Part shown: positions 52,669-64,000 of the stretch, piece by piece | Position numbering within the stretch: the first letter of the stretch is position 1 | Layout of the letters: the number at the start of each line of letters is the position of its first letter | Assembly: GCA_951406725.2 (NCBI GenBank) | Contig: OX597833.1 | Coordinates: forward strand, 31,868,001-31,932,000 | Direction of reading: 5' to 3' | DNA length: 64,000 nucleotides | Source of the DNA: Octopus vulgaris | Taxonomy: Eukaryota | The notes under the pieces: generated by a model | What the model was told of the DNA's origin: nothing | What the model saw: only the letters and a program-made list of their open reading frames with translations | Database searches by the model: none | Translations under genes and position numbers: made by a program

Positions 52669-53100
52669 TACAAGATAAGAAAATGGAGAAATACATCTAA
52701 ATCAAATATCAATTACCAGATAATACTCAATCACATACTTTATTAAACCACCACATAAGAGACTGTAGGGTTAAACATAAAAAAGTAGAACAAATCAGTG
52801 TACTTAAAGGAATGTACATAAAAAAGTGTACATAAAAGAGTGATGTTGTATAATAAGTAGAATATATATAAAAAAGAGAATATACATATAAGTAAATATA
52901 AATATAAGTATAGATTACATCTTACAGCTGTTTCGGCCATGTAGATAAGTATGTCTCGTTTTACCAATATTGGCCTTTTATGGTAGGTCAATATATATAT
53001 ATATAAATGAGACATTTACAAAAATAGGTTTACCTTTGTGATCTTCTTAATTTGTATTCCATTTTATTTATCTATTTATCTATACATGGATATATATGTA

Positions 53101-53153
<53 letters not shown>

Positions 53154-55022
53154 CGGGAAGCTTTATGAAAATAGACAAAAGACGAAGGCAGGTTTACGGA
53201 AATAAACAAAAGACGAAGGCAGGTGGAATACAAACAAACAATTGTATTAGTATGCCGCTCAGGAAATATAAATAAAACAAGTCTTTAACGTTTCGAGCCT
53301 ACGCTCTTCAACAGAAAGATACACAGAGAAAAAATACACAGAAAGAAGGAGAGAAAAAAAATGCGTGCAGAGGCTAGCGAATCAACATGGCGATCTGATT
53401 TCGGCCAGAAGTCAAAGGTCAAACGTGAGACGCAAGAGCGAAATTAGGGGAGATAATAGGGTTAAATGACATCGCTCCAACATAAGAGTGTGTGTGTGTG
53501 TGTATGAGAAGAGTGTGTGTATGAGAGAGTATTAGTGCGTATGAGAGGTCTGGACGTGTGTATGTATATATGATGTGATGTGTAAAGTTGTATGGTGTAG
53601 TGTAGAGAGAGGAGATGAGGGAAGAGGGGGAGGTAAGGGGTGAGGGGAGGGTCGGAGAAAGAAAGGGGAGAAGGAAAGGGGAGAAGAGGAGGGGAAGGGG
53701 GAGAAGGAAGGAGAGGAGAAGAGGAGGAGGAGAAGGAAGGAGATGAGAAGAGGAGGGGAGAGGAGGAGGGAGGATAGAGGGAGAGGGGGAGAGAGAGAGA
53801 GAGAGATGTATGTTTTTCTTATACATATGAGTACGCAGGTGCGTATTTGGATATGTATGGGTGAATATAAGTATAGGTTTTATTTGTACATATGAGTGCG
53901 CAGACATATATTTAAATATGTATATATGTGTGTGCGAATGTTCCCTGATATAGTATATGAGAGTGTATTAACATTTATGAGTATATGCGGATGTGGGTAT
54001 GAGTGTGTGTGTTAGTGTATAGACACTGTTGCCTGTACTGATTTGTCTATAAGCCATGCGATGACAGACATGCACTCTGCAATCTAGTGAATGTGTAGAG
54101 ATGTGTCGGGGTGTATTCATGTGTGTGTGGGTATTTATGTGGACGTGTGGGTTTAGGGTTGGATGTGGATGTGTATGTTTTTCTTGTGCGGTGTGGTGTA
54201 GGTCGGGCGGCTCTCAACGGACCAACCTTGATGAAGACAATGATATTTTAAATTCAAATCCAATAGTGTATTTATGTCATAAGGAAAATTACTAATTGGA
54301 ACCCGGACATACATATGTACCACTTTGGATCCTAATGTAAGCGTTATTAATAATATTATGAATGATAATAATGATAGTATTAATGGTATTGACAACGATA
54401 ATAATGCTAACTTTAATGACACTTTGGAAATTAGTAGGAAGTAATATAATGTACTATTGACTATGTATATTTGCATCTAGGTACTAATATGTGTATGTTT
54501 ATTATCACAATATTAAGTTGAAGAACTGAAACATTGAATATGGAACGTATATATGTTTACTAATTTATATTATTTATTTACATTATTATGTATATGTATA
54601 TTTTTATATGTATTGGAGTGTGAGTATATGCACTCATATGTATATGTATATCTTCGAGGAGGCCTTATGATATTTTTGTAAATGTCTCATTTATATCTAT
54701 ATATTGACCTACCATAAAATGCCAATATTGGTAAAACGAGACATACTTATCTACATGGCTGAAACAGCTGTAAGATGTAATCTGTACTTATATTTATATT
54801 TACTTATATGTATATTCTCTTTTTTATATATATTCTACTTACTTTACAACATCACTCTTTTATGTACACTTTTTTATGTACATTCCTTTAAGTACACTGA
54901 TTTGTTCTGCTTCTTCATGTTTAACCTTACAGTCTCTTATGTGGTGGTTTAATAAAGTATGTGATTGAGTATTATCTGGTAATTGATATTTGATTTAGAT
55001 GTATTTCTCCATTTTCTTATCT

Positions 55023-55026
<4 letters not shown>
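52669..55026. mobile_element. Inverted ~355-bp repeat pair (52669-53024 / 54672-55026), Penelope-like, with hammerhead-like motifs
   Basis: Arms encode near-identical spurious ORFs (52743-53015, 54704-54952); 54647-54779 reads TATATCT-TCGAGGA-GGCC...GGCT-GAA-ACAGCTGT-A-AGATGTA. Confidence 0.65.
53283..53318 (-). ncRNA. Minimal hammerhead-like motif
   Basis: Minus strand CTTT-CTGTTGAA-GAGC GTAG GCTC-GAA-ACGT-T-AAAG; a decayed copy lies on plus at ~16918-16953. Confidence 0.5.
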
Positions 55027-55072
<46 letters not shown>

Positions 55073-55073
<1 letters not shown>

Positions 55074-57259
55074 TCTGATGCTATACAAGAGTGATTCTTC
55101 TACAAAGTCACTCGAAGAACTCAGAAAGCAAGAAATAAAACCCAACTGACTGCCAGACGCTGTGCAAATAGGTATTGGCAGGAAATCTGTCAGAGTATCC
55201 AGTCAGCTGCTGAAAGTGGCAACACCCGTGGAATGTATGCCGGTTTGAAGAAGGCCCTTGGTCCATCTGCAACCAAGTCACCCCCTCTGAAATCAACTAC
55301 TGGAGATCTCATCAAGGACCAGCGCAAGCAGATGGATCGATGGGTGGAGTACTACCAGGATCTCTACTCATGGTAGACCATGGTAGCTGAGGCTGCAATC
55401 GAGGGTGTCAAGATCTTGCCAGTGATGTGCGAACTTGACAGGCTGCCATCTATAGCAGAGCTCACCAAGGCTATTGACTCCCTAGCAAGTAACAAGGCTC
55501 CAGGAAAAGACGGCATCCCCTTAGAGATCATCAAAACCGGCAAAAACACCATCCTGCTTCGGCACCTTCATGAGCTTCTGTGTCAGCGCTGGAAAGAGGG
55601 TACAGTCCCTCAGGATATGTGAGATGCTTACATTATTACGTTTTACAAAAAACAAAGGTGACCGTGGTGATTGTAACAATTACTGTGGAATATCTCTTCT
55701 AAGCACTGTTAGAAAGGCCTTTGCTCGCATCATCCTGTTCAGGTTACAACTGCTTGCTTCTTGAATTTATCCAGAATCGCAGTGTGGCTTTAGAAGAAGC
55801 AGATCAACTATTGACATGATATTCTCCATACGCCAACTTCAGGAGAAGTCCAGAGAGCAGAAAATGCCATTATATATGGCCTTCATTGATCTGACAAAGG
55901 CCTTTGACTTGGTAAGTAGAAAAAGCCTCTTCATCCTGCTCCAAAAAATTGGATGTCCACCAAAGCTGTTGAGGATCATCAAATCCTTCCAAGATGATAT
56001 GCAAGGCACCATACAGCACAATGTTTCAACATCAGCCACCTTCCAAATAAAAAATGGGGTAAAGCAAGGTTGTGTCCTTGCTCCTACATTATTTGGCATC
56101 TTGTTCTCGCTGCTGCTGTCACATGCCTTTGAGACATCAGATGATGGAGTGTTTTTGCACAGTAGAAGTGATGGGAAACTGTTCAATCTCTCGCGTCTGC
56201 ATGCCAAGACCAAAATCAGAAGCATCCTGATCAAGGAGATGCTATTTGCTGATGATGCCGCTCTGGTATCACACACAGAAGAAGCCCTACAAAGGCTCTT
56301 CAACTGTTTTGAGCAAGCATGTAGCAACTTTGGCTTAGTTATCAGCCCCAAGAAGACCAACATCATGGGTCAGGCTACATCGGACATCCCAAACATACAT
56401 ACTGGAGACCACAGGCTACAGGAGGTGGAGAAGTTTACCTATCTTGGCTCTACCGTCACCTACAACCTATCCCTTGATGCTGAGCTCAATATACGCATTG
56501 GCAAGGCAGCTGCTGTGATGGCCCAATTCTCCAAACGGGCATGGGACAACAATAAGCTGACCAAGACCACAAAAATGAAAATTTACCAGGCATGTGTAGT
56601 TAGCACTCTACTGTATGGAAGTGAGACTTGGACACCATACACACGCCAAGAGCGTCGCCTAAATATCTTTCACCTGTGCTGCCTCCAGAAAATCCTTTGC
56701 ATCAAATGGCAGATCATGTCCCCAACAAAGATCTCCTCAAGCAAGCAGGAATACCAAGCATGTTTGCACTCCTCACACAAAGATGTATGAGATGGCTTGG
56801 ATATGTTAGCCATATGGAAGATGGCAGAATCCTAAGGGACATACTCAACGGAGAGCTTGCTAGGGGCACCAGGTTTGTGGGAAGACTGTTCTTATGATAC
56901 AAGGATGTTTGCAAAAGGGACAAGAATGCCTGCAACATCAATGTTACCAACTGCGAAGCAGTTGCCAGCAACCGTGGAGATTGGCAACATACCGTAAAAG
57001 AGGAAACACAAAGGAGTGACATAGAGAAAGAGGAGAAATGGAAAGACAAGAAAAGACTTCAACAAGAAACTATGACATTACAACTAACCAGGCAAGGTCT
57101 TCGCTACATTTGCGGCACCTGCTAGAGGGAGTGTTTGTCCAGGATAGGACTACACAGCCACAGTAGGAGATGTATTAGGACTTGAAATGTAAAAGCCGGA
57201 CTAGATTATTTTATGCACAACTCCATTGTCTCCCGAGACAAAAAGGATGCCAACAACAA
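55073..57259 (+). mobile_element. RTE (BovB-like) LINE copy 2 with intact 3' end
   Basis: ORF 55816-56790 RT (LFADD); no mariner at gtttacc-TA-tcttggc; (CAA)n tail at 57251-57259. Confidence 0.93.
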
Positions 57260-57542
57260 TATATATGGATTTCGTAGACAGGAACTGAAACAAATAAATC
57301 GTATATATATGTAAGTCTATGTGTGTGTCTTTGTGTTTCTCCCTCATCACTGCTTCACAACTGCTGTTCATTTATTTACATTCACATAACTTACTGGTTT
57401 GACAAGAACAAACTAATAGAATAAGTACCAGGCTTATCAACATAAAAAAAGCACTAGGCTGTGTCTCATATTTTTGTTTGCCCACTCAGTTGTATCTATC
57501 AATTTATCTTTGTATGTGTGTGTATATATCTATATGTATATG

Positions 57543-57606
<64 letters not shown>

Positions 57607-57610
57607 AAAA

Positions 57611-58916
57611 CACCCTAATGGGAACCTTATCTCCCAAATTTTAGTCATTTCTTTTATGATCCAAAACTACATAAAAAGTACTGAATGGATCTTTATGAAA
57701 TTTGGAAATTATATTCTATGTATAAGGGCCATAACCCCCATGACAATTCATTTATTTTTGCTGTTGATGAAATTTTAACTATAGATATTAGATACAAATG
57801 AAGTAATATTTATAAAATTTCATCTTCTTACAAGTTAGAAAGACCTCTCTCAGGGGACTTAATACCCACAATTTTGTCATTTTATCTAAGCAAAAATGAA
57901 TACAGTTGCGCTCTTGGAAGCTGTAGGGTTACCCAAGCATAAAAGTTGGGCATTATTTCTAAATCAATGGTACAACAGTTTGCTTTGATATACACTTACA
58001 TTGTGATTTCTGCAATGTGGTGCATAAATTGTCAAGTAAATGAGAGGCATCTTTGCTTCCACTGATTCAGTTGCAAAGTGTTGAGTAAAGTTATTTGATT
58101 GCACACCTCCTTTCAGTCTTTTTATTATCATTTGGTCACACATTGTCCCCAGATGGTAACATTGATTTCAAGGCCTTCCCAGATGAGTGACTGGTTATTC
58201 AAAGACATTTATAGATTGTAAATTTATTCTGTCCAGTTGCGTATGAGTATTGTGGTCATTTGCAAACTGCAGAGGTGACACTTTAATTTCTCCTTAGCCC
58301 TCACATCACGCAGTTGTTAATGTTGATCTCAGCTGGGTCATGCCCTTCCAATTGCTATAGATTCGTAATGCATCTTACGGCTGTGCCTGTCACCTGCATG
58401 GTGAGGAATCCTACATTGAGTGTTAACGACTAGGGTAGGGTAACTGACTGCTTATAGTGATCATTTGTCTTTTGGTTTCCTGTAGCTTTGCTCTCTTTTA
58501 CAAACTCAGTGAACATATATTTCCTATTTCAAAGCAATTCAAACAATAGATATAAGACCCAAGTTAAAAAGATTCTCAACAATTCAACTTCTCTGGTTGA
58601 CATTAAGATGCCCACCCCCAACAGGGGCCTTAACTCTCACATTTTAGAGCTCCATGACCTTCATTTTTCAGGAGCAAAATCTTTTTAACAGGTTCAATAA
58701 GACTGGAATTTTGGAATATGTACATAAAAATCAGTAGTGTAGGATACATGTAACACGATTACAATTTTTTTAGGGTGTGTAAGGAGGGAAATAACCCTCA
58801 TCTGCAATTTTGATGAAATTCGAAACATAGATATTCCAGTTCATTACAGAAAATATAACAGAAAAGTCTAATTTTTCAATTGAATGTAACCGGGCAACGT
58901 CGGGTATCTCTGCTAG
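57611..58916 (+). mobile_element. Helitron 3' portion, copy 2
   Basis: Hairpin ACCGGGCAACGTCGGGT then CTAG|T; colinear with 27611-28884. Confidence 0.75.
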
Positions 58917-59249
58917 TCTATTTTATATTACTATTTACCTATATGGTTTTTATTACATGCTGGCCACTGATAAGATCATTAATTTTATCCTTATTATATA
59001 TGCATATATATGTTTGTTTATATGTATAGTCTTGAATTTATCGATAATGCATAAAAGTTAACAATCTGGTCCTAAGGTACTCAAAAAGTTAAATGTTGCA
59101 AACTTCAAATTACCAAGCAACTTGCAAATATTCTACGATGTTATAGAAAGTATCATGATCCAAAGAATCTATGGGAAGATTTCAGAACAAAAATTTTTCA
59201 AGCTGCAAGCTCTTCAGTGGGATTTAAATTGCATAAGTCCAGTGACTGG

Positions 59250-60735
59250 TTTTCAGAAATTCATAATCTTCTTTTTGAAAATCAAAACTGAGGCAATACA
59301 CTTCTTTCTCAATCTTTGAACCCCAACTCAAATGAAGCATACAGAAAGTTGAAAGGAAACATGCAGACTGTTCTAAGGAAAATTAAACAGGAATGGTGGA
59401 ATGACAGAACAAAAGGGGCGCAAGAAGCAGCTGATAGAAATGATGCCAACGAGTTGTACTCTTATGGCCAAAGGATCTGTGTGGTAATTTTCATGAGACT
59501 TTGGTTTTGTCTGTAGTTGGAAAGGTACTTGCCAGTATTCAGTTAGAACGTTTAAGTACCTTCATAGTTCCAAATATAGTGTCCGAGTCTCAATGTGGTT
59601 TTTGCTCCTCCAGGGGCATAGTTGATTGTATCTTTACTATCAGAGAATTTCAGGAAAAATGCATTGAACAGAATCTTGCCCTATACCTTTGCTTTGTTGA
59701 TTTATGCAAGGCATCAAAATGCTCTCTGGCTAATTCTAAGGAAAAGAGATTGCCCAGAAAAATTTGTAAACACAATCAGGGCTTTGCATCAGGATATGAA
59801 GGCTAGAGTTAATTTTGGCAGTAGGCTTTCTGAATCTTTTGCCATGGAAAATGGAGTAAAGTAAGATTGTGATGCATCTACCCTCTTTGCAATATACTTT
59901 GCTGTTGTGCTGTCACACACTTTACAAAATTCAAGGAGGGTATTTACATAAAATATTGAACAACAGGGAATGTTTTTAATCCGACCAGACTGAAATTCAA
60001 AACAAAGGTTTTTACTTCACTCATTAAGGGAACTCTTATACACTGATGATTGCGATCTAGTCAGCTACTCTAATATGGGCCTACAATCTCTTGTATCTGC
60101 ATTTGATTCAGCTTGTGATGATTTTGGCTCAACTATCAACTTGAAAAAACAGTTGTAATGTATCAACCTGTATGTGGTACTGTTTGGAACTCCACTAAAA
60201 TTTTCATTAAGGGTAAGCTACTTGAGGTTGTTGATTCTTTTATCTACCTCGAAAACTCTGAACAAAAGGATGGAAATCTAAACACAGAAATACATCTGTG
60301 AATTCGAAGGGCAACACAAAGCATTTGTTGGTTTGGAGTCATGCATTTGACACCAACGACCTATAAATATGATACATGCAAAACTCAAGAGAGTTTTAAA
60401 GAATGTTGTGATTGAGAAGGTGAATATCAGTGACCTTTTTGAGAGCACAGTTTGTGCCGGACTATGTCTTTCTTTTGCTGGGCTCAAATCTCATTTGAGG
60501 ACACATGAAAAACAAACTTCTACCAACTATTCTGCTTATATATCTGTGCACACCTTTCAATATTGTGTATGCCATAAGGTCTGCAAATCTAACAGAAGCC
60601 TCAAAAGACATTTCAAGATCCACAAAGAGCAGAACTTAACTGCAGCTCTTGGTGGTCCAAATCAGATATGCAATCTATGTGGGTGTCTTTTCAATACATT
60701 GTCTGGTTTAAAATGCCACATCGGATGCCATGATG
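59250..60735 (+). mobile_element. RTE-clade LINE relic ending in three C2H2 zinc fingers
   Basis: VSESQCGF, LCFVDLCKA, LYTDD; C-terminal CAGLC..LKSHLRTH, CCVCHKVC..LKRHFKIH, CNLC..LKCHIGCH. Confidence 0.8.
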
Positions 60736-60923
60736 GTTATTTTTCTTTTTGTGAAATAAACACATGCACTATATATTTGTTCTTCACATCAGATATATTA
60801 TTTTTCTTACTTTATGTTTATTTGGGAAAAAAGAGAAAGAAAAAGAAAGACCATCTCGAAATATAACAATATCTGTTTCAACACGATTTCACATCAGGAA
60901 TCTTACAAAACAAATACATGACC

Positions 60924-61331
<408 letters not shown>

Positions 61332-61540
61332 ACCGATCGTGACCGATGCCGGACCCCCCGGCCCCTGTGCAGGTGGCACGTAAAAAGCACCCAATCCACT
61401 CACGGAGTGGTTGGCGTTAGGAAGGGCATCCAGCCGTAGAAACTCTGCCAGAATCAGACTGGAGCCTGGAGCGGCCCCTGGCTTCCCAGACCCCGGTCGA
61501 ACCGTCCAACCCGTGCTAGCGCGGAAAACGGACGTTAAAC

Positions 61541-61578
<38 letters not shown>
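61332..61578 (+). mobile_element. Young RTE 3'UTR / RTE-tailed SINE fragment with (GAT)n tail
   Basis: Homologous to 46190-46400; CpGs retained; long (GAT)n. Confidence 0.75.
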
Positions 61579-61608
<30 letters not shown>

Positions 61609-61609
<1 letters not shown>

Positions 61610-62043
61610 TCCAACAATTGAGGGTAAAATTAATTAATTATTAATCAATTTCACCAAGTATTCAGTATGTAAAGGGACCATTTAAGGCGAATTCAAAATA
61701 TTACATTTTATAAAGGGCTTAGTAAAATAAATTACTTTGCCACATACTGAACTCATTAGAAATAGCAGCCAAAAAAAATTTTTTTAGCCATTTCTAATAC
61801 TTAAAGAAAATTTCTCTCAGATAGTGTTTACTCAAAATAACCCACGAAGGTATGGGGGTAAAAACATTAAAAACATTTTTTTGGCTGCTATTTCTAATGA
61901 GTTCAGTATGTGGCAAAGTAATTTATTTTACTAAGCCCTTTATAAAATGTAATATTTTGAATTCGCCTTAAATGGTCCCTTTACATACTGAATACTTGGT
62001 GAAATTGATTAATAATTAATTAATTTTACCCTCAATTGTTGGA

Positions 62044-62044
<1 letters not shown>
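61609..62044. repeat. Perfect inverted repeat, ~169-bp arms, ~98-bp spacer, in (TA)n
   Basis: 61609-61777 equals the reverse complement of 61876-62044 with no mismatch found by eye. Confidence 0.9.
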
Positions 62045-62093
<49 letters not shown>

Positions 62094-62150
62094 ATATGTA
62101 TATGTATATATATATGTATATATGTATATGTATATATATATGTATATATG

Positions 62151-62205
<55 letters not shown>

Positions 62206-62206
62206 G

Positions 62207-62237
<31 letters not shown>

Positions 62238-62450
62238 GTATATATATGTATATATATGTATATATATGTATATATGTATATATATGTATATATGTATATA
62301 TATATGTATATATATAAATAATTTTTTTAATTTAAAAATGATTCAACATGATGATTGGTAATAAGAATATAATTTGTGTTCAGAGAAATGGGGGTATTGT
62401 CTATTGATGAGTAATTAACAAATCCTGAAAAATGTTCAGGCAATCTATAT

Positions 62451-62484
<34 letters not shown>

Positions 62485-62519
62485 GTATATATATGTATAT
62501 ATGTATGTATATATATGTA

Positions 62520-62579
<60 letters not shown>

Positions 62580-62597
62580 TATATGTATATGTATATA

Positions 62598-62638
<41 letters not shown>

Positions 62639-62671
62639 ATATATATATATATGTATGTATATATATATATG

Positions 62672-62746
<75 letters not shown>

Positions 62747-62827
62747 GTGTATATATATATGTGTATATATATATATGTGTATATATATATATATATATGT
62801 ATGTATATATATATGTATGTATATATA

Positions 62828-62858
<31 letters not shown>

Positions 62859-62861
62859 GTG

Positions 62862-62950
<89 letters not shown>
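62045..62950. repeat. (TA)n/(TATG)n arrays (62045-62316 and 62445-62950)
   Basis: Directly visible. Confidence 0.95.
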
Positions 62951-62951
<1 letters not shown>

Positions 62952-62954
<3 letters not shown>

Positions 62955-64000
62955 CTGACCAATGTCAGATGGCCCGAGGGCCTTTCTCTCCCAGGAATGA
63001 CAAGATGTGAACGAGGACAGGCGAGGTCCCTCCTGAACCTCATCAACACCCTGTACATGGAGCAGGTAATACTCCAACCAACCAGGGCAGGTAACACACT
63101 GGATCTCTGCTTCACAAATGACATGGATCTCATCCATAATGTGAAAGTGACACCGACACTACTCTCGGATCACAACATGATAGAGCTGACCATGTACGGG
63201 CCAAAAGAGAGCACGGACATGCAGCCTACAAGAAACCCTCAAAATCTTTCCAGCTTGAACTACCATAAGGCAAACTGGAAACAAATTGAGAAAGAGATCC
63301 TCAAACAAAACTGGCCTAAATGTCTCTCCTCGCCAGACATCGACGTGAAACTCCAACAATTCATGTCTGTAATGCAAGCCATATGCTACAAATGTGTCCC
63401 AGAGAGAAAGGCCACTGTACACAAGAACAAAATCCCCAGAGAGAGGAAAATTTTAATGAGACGGCGTACGAAATTTTCAAATCGCCTAAACAAACAGATT
63501 GAAAGCAGTGAAAAGTCCCGCCTAAAAATAAAACTGTTGGAAATCGAAAAATGTCTGCAACTCTCCCATGAAAAAGAAAGAGCAGACAAAGAAGCCTGGG
63601 CTATAGAAAACATAAAATCTAACCCCAGAGCTTTCTACAGGTATGCCAAAGAAACAGCTACAGTGCACTGTAGAATAGGGCCACTCCTCGAAAAGGATGG
63701 CACACTTACAGGAAAACCAATGAGGGTAAGTGAAATACTGAATGAGCAATTCAAGAGTGTTTTCACTCCACCCTTTGGGCATCTCCAAATCACCAATCCA
63801 ACTGACTTTTTTACCACTGCAGATATAAAATCAGAGGCGGCGACGATAGATTACATCGATATAAAGGAAGACGATGTAACCAAGGCTATAGATGAAATGA
63901 AAACAGACTCAGCTACTGGCCCCGATGGATTCCCGGCAATCCTCCTAAAAGCATGTAAGAGAGTCCTAGCAAGACCACTGCAGTTCCTCTTTCAGAGCTT
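62952..64000 (+). mobile_element. Young CR1-group LINE ORF2, 5'-truncated, stop-free to the window edge
   Basis: Manual translation, ~349 codons without a stop: [63 protein letters not shown]. Confidence 0.9.

Noticed and set aside
53419-53907. Pro/Ser/Leu-rich 162-aa ORF
   Set aside because: Antisense of a GA-rich low-complexity tract

Overview
AT-rich eukaryotic DNA made almost entirely of transposable elements and microsatellites. The tRNA-derived SINEs, RTE LINEs and huge (TA)n arrays are consistent with a cephalopod (octopus-type) genome; this is an inference, not a search result. No host gene is confidently identified (one weak exon candidate at 5810-5927). DNA elements: a Sola-like transposon with ~400-bp TIRs, two Merlin-type MITEs (GGC termini, 8-bp TSDs), a hAT relic, two mariners, a DD36E Tc1-like element and several Helitron pieces. 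Retroelements: RTE, R4/Dong-like, CR1-like, L1/Tx1-like and Gypsy-like relics, plus palindromic Penelope-like ends carrying hammerhead-ribozyme-like motifs. Most interesting signal: an apparent three-member retroposition system. An L1/Tx1-like LINE 3' end (9.8-11.0 kb), an ORF1-only 'half-LINE' (47.6-49.3 kb, followed head-to-tail by a relative) and a tRNA-SINE (44.55-44.79 kb) all end in the same TGTCCC(C/T)TCT...4-bp stem/5-nt loop...AATAAA module, with differing but pairing stem sequences. A ~30-kb-spaced paralogous Helitron/RTE block gives a filled/empty mariner site pair and is overlaid by inverted duplications.
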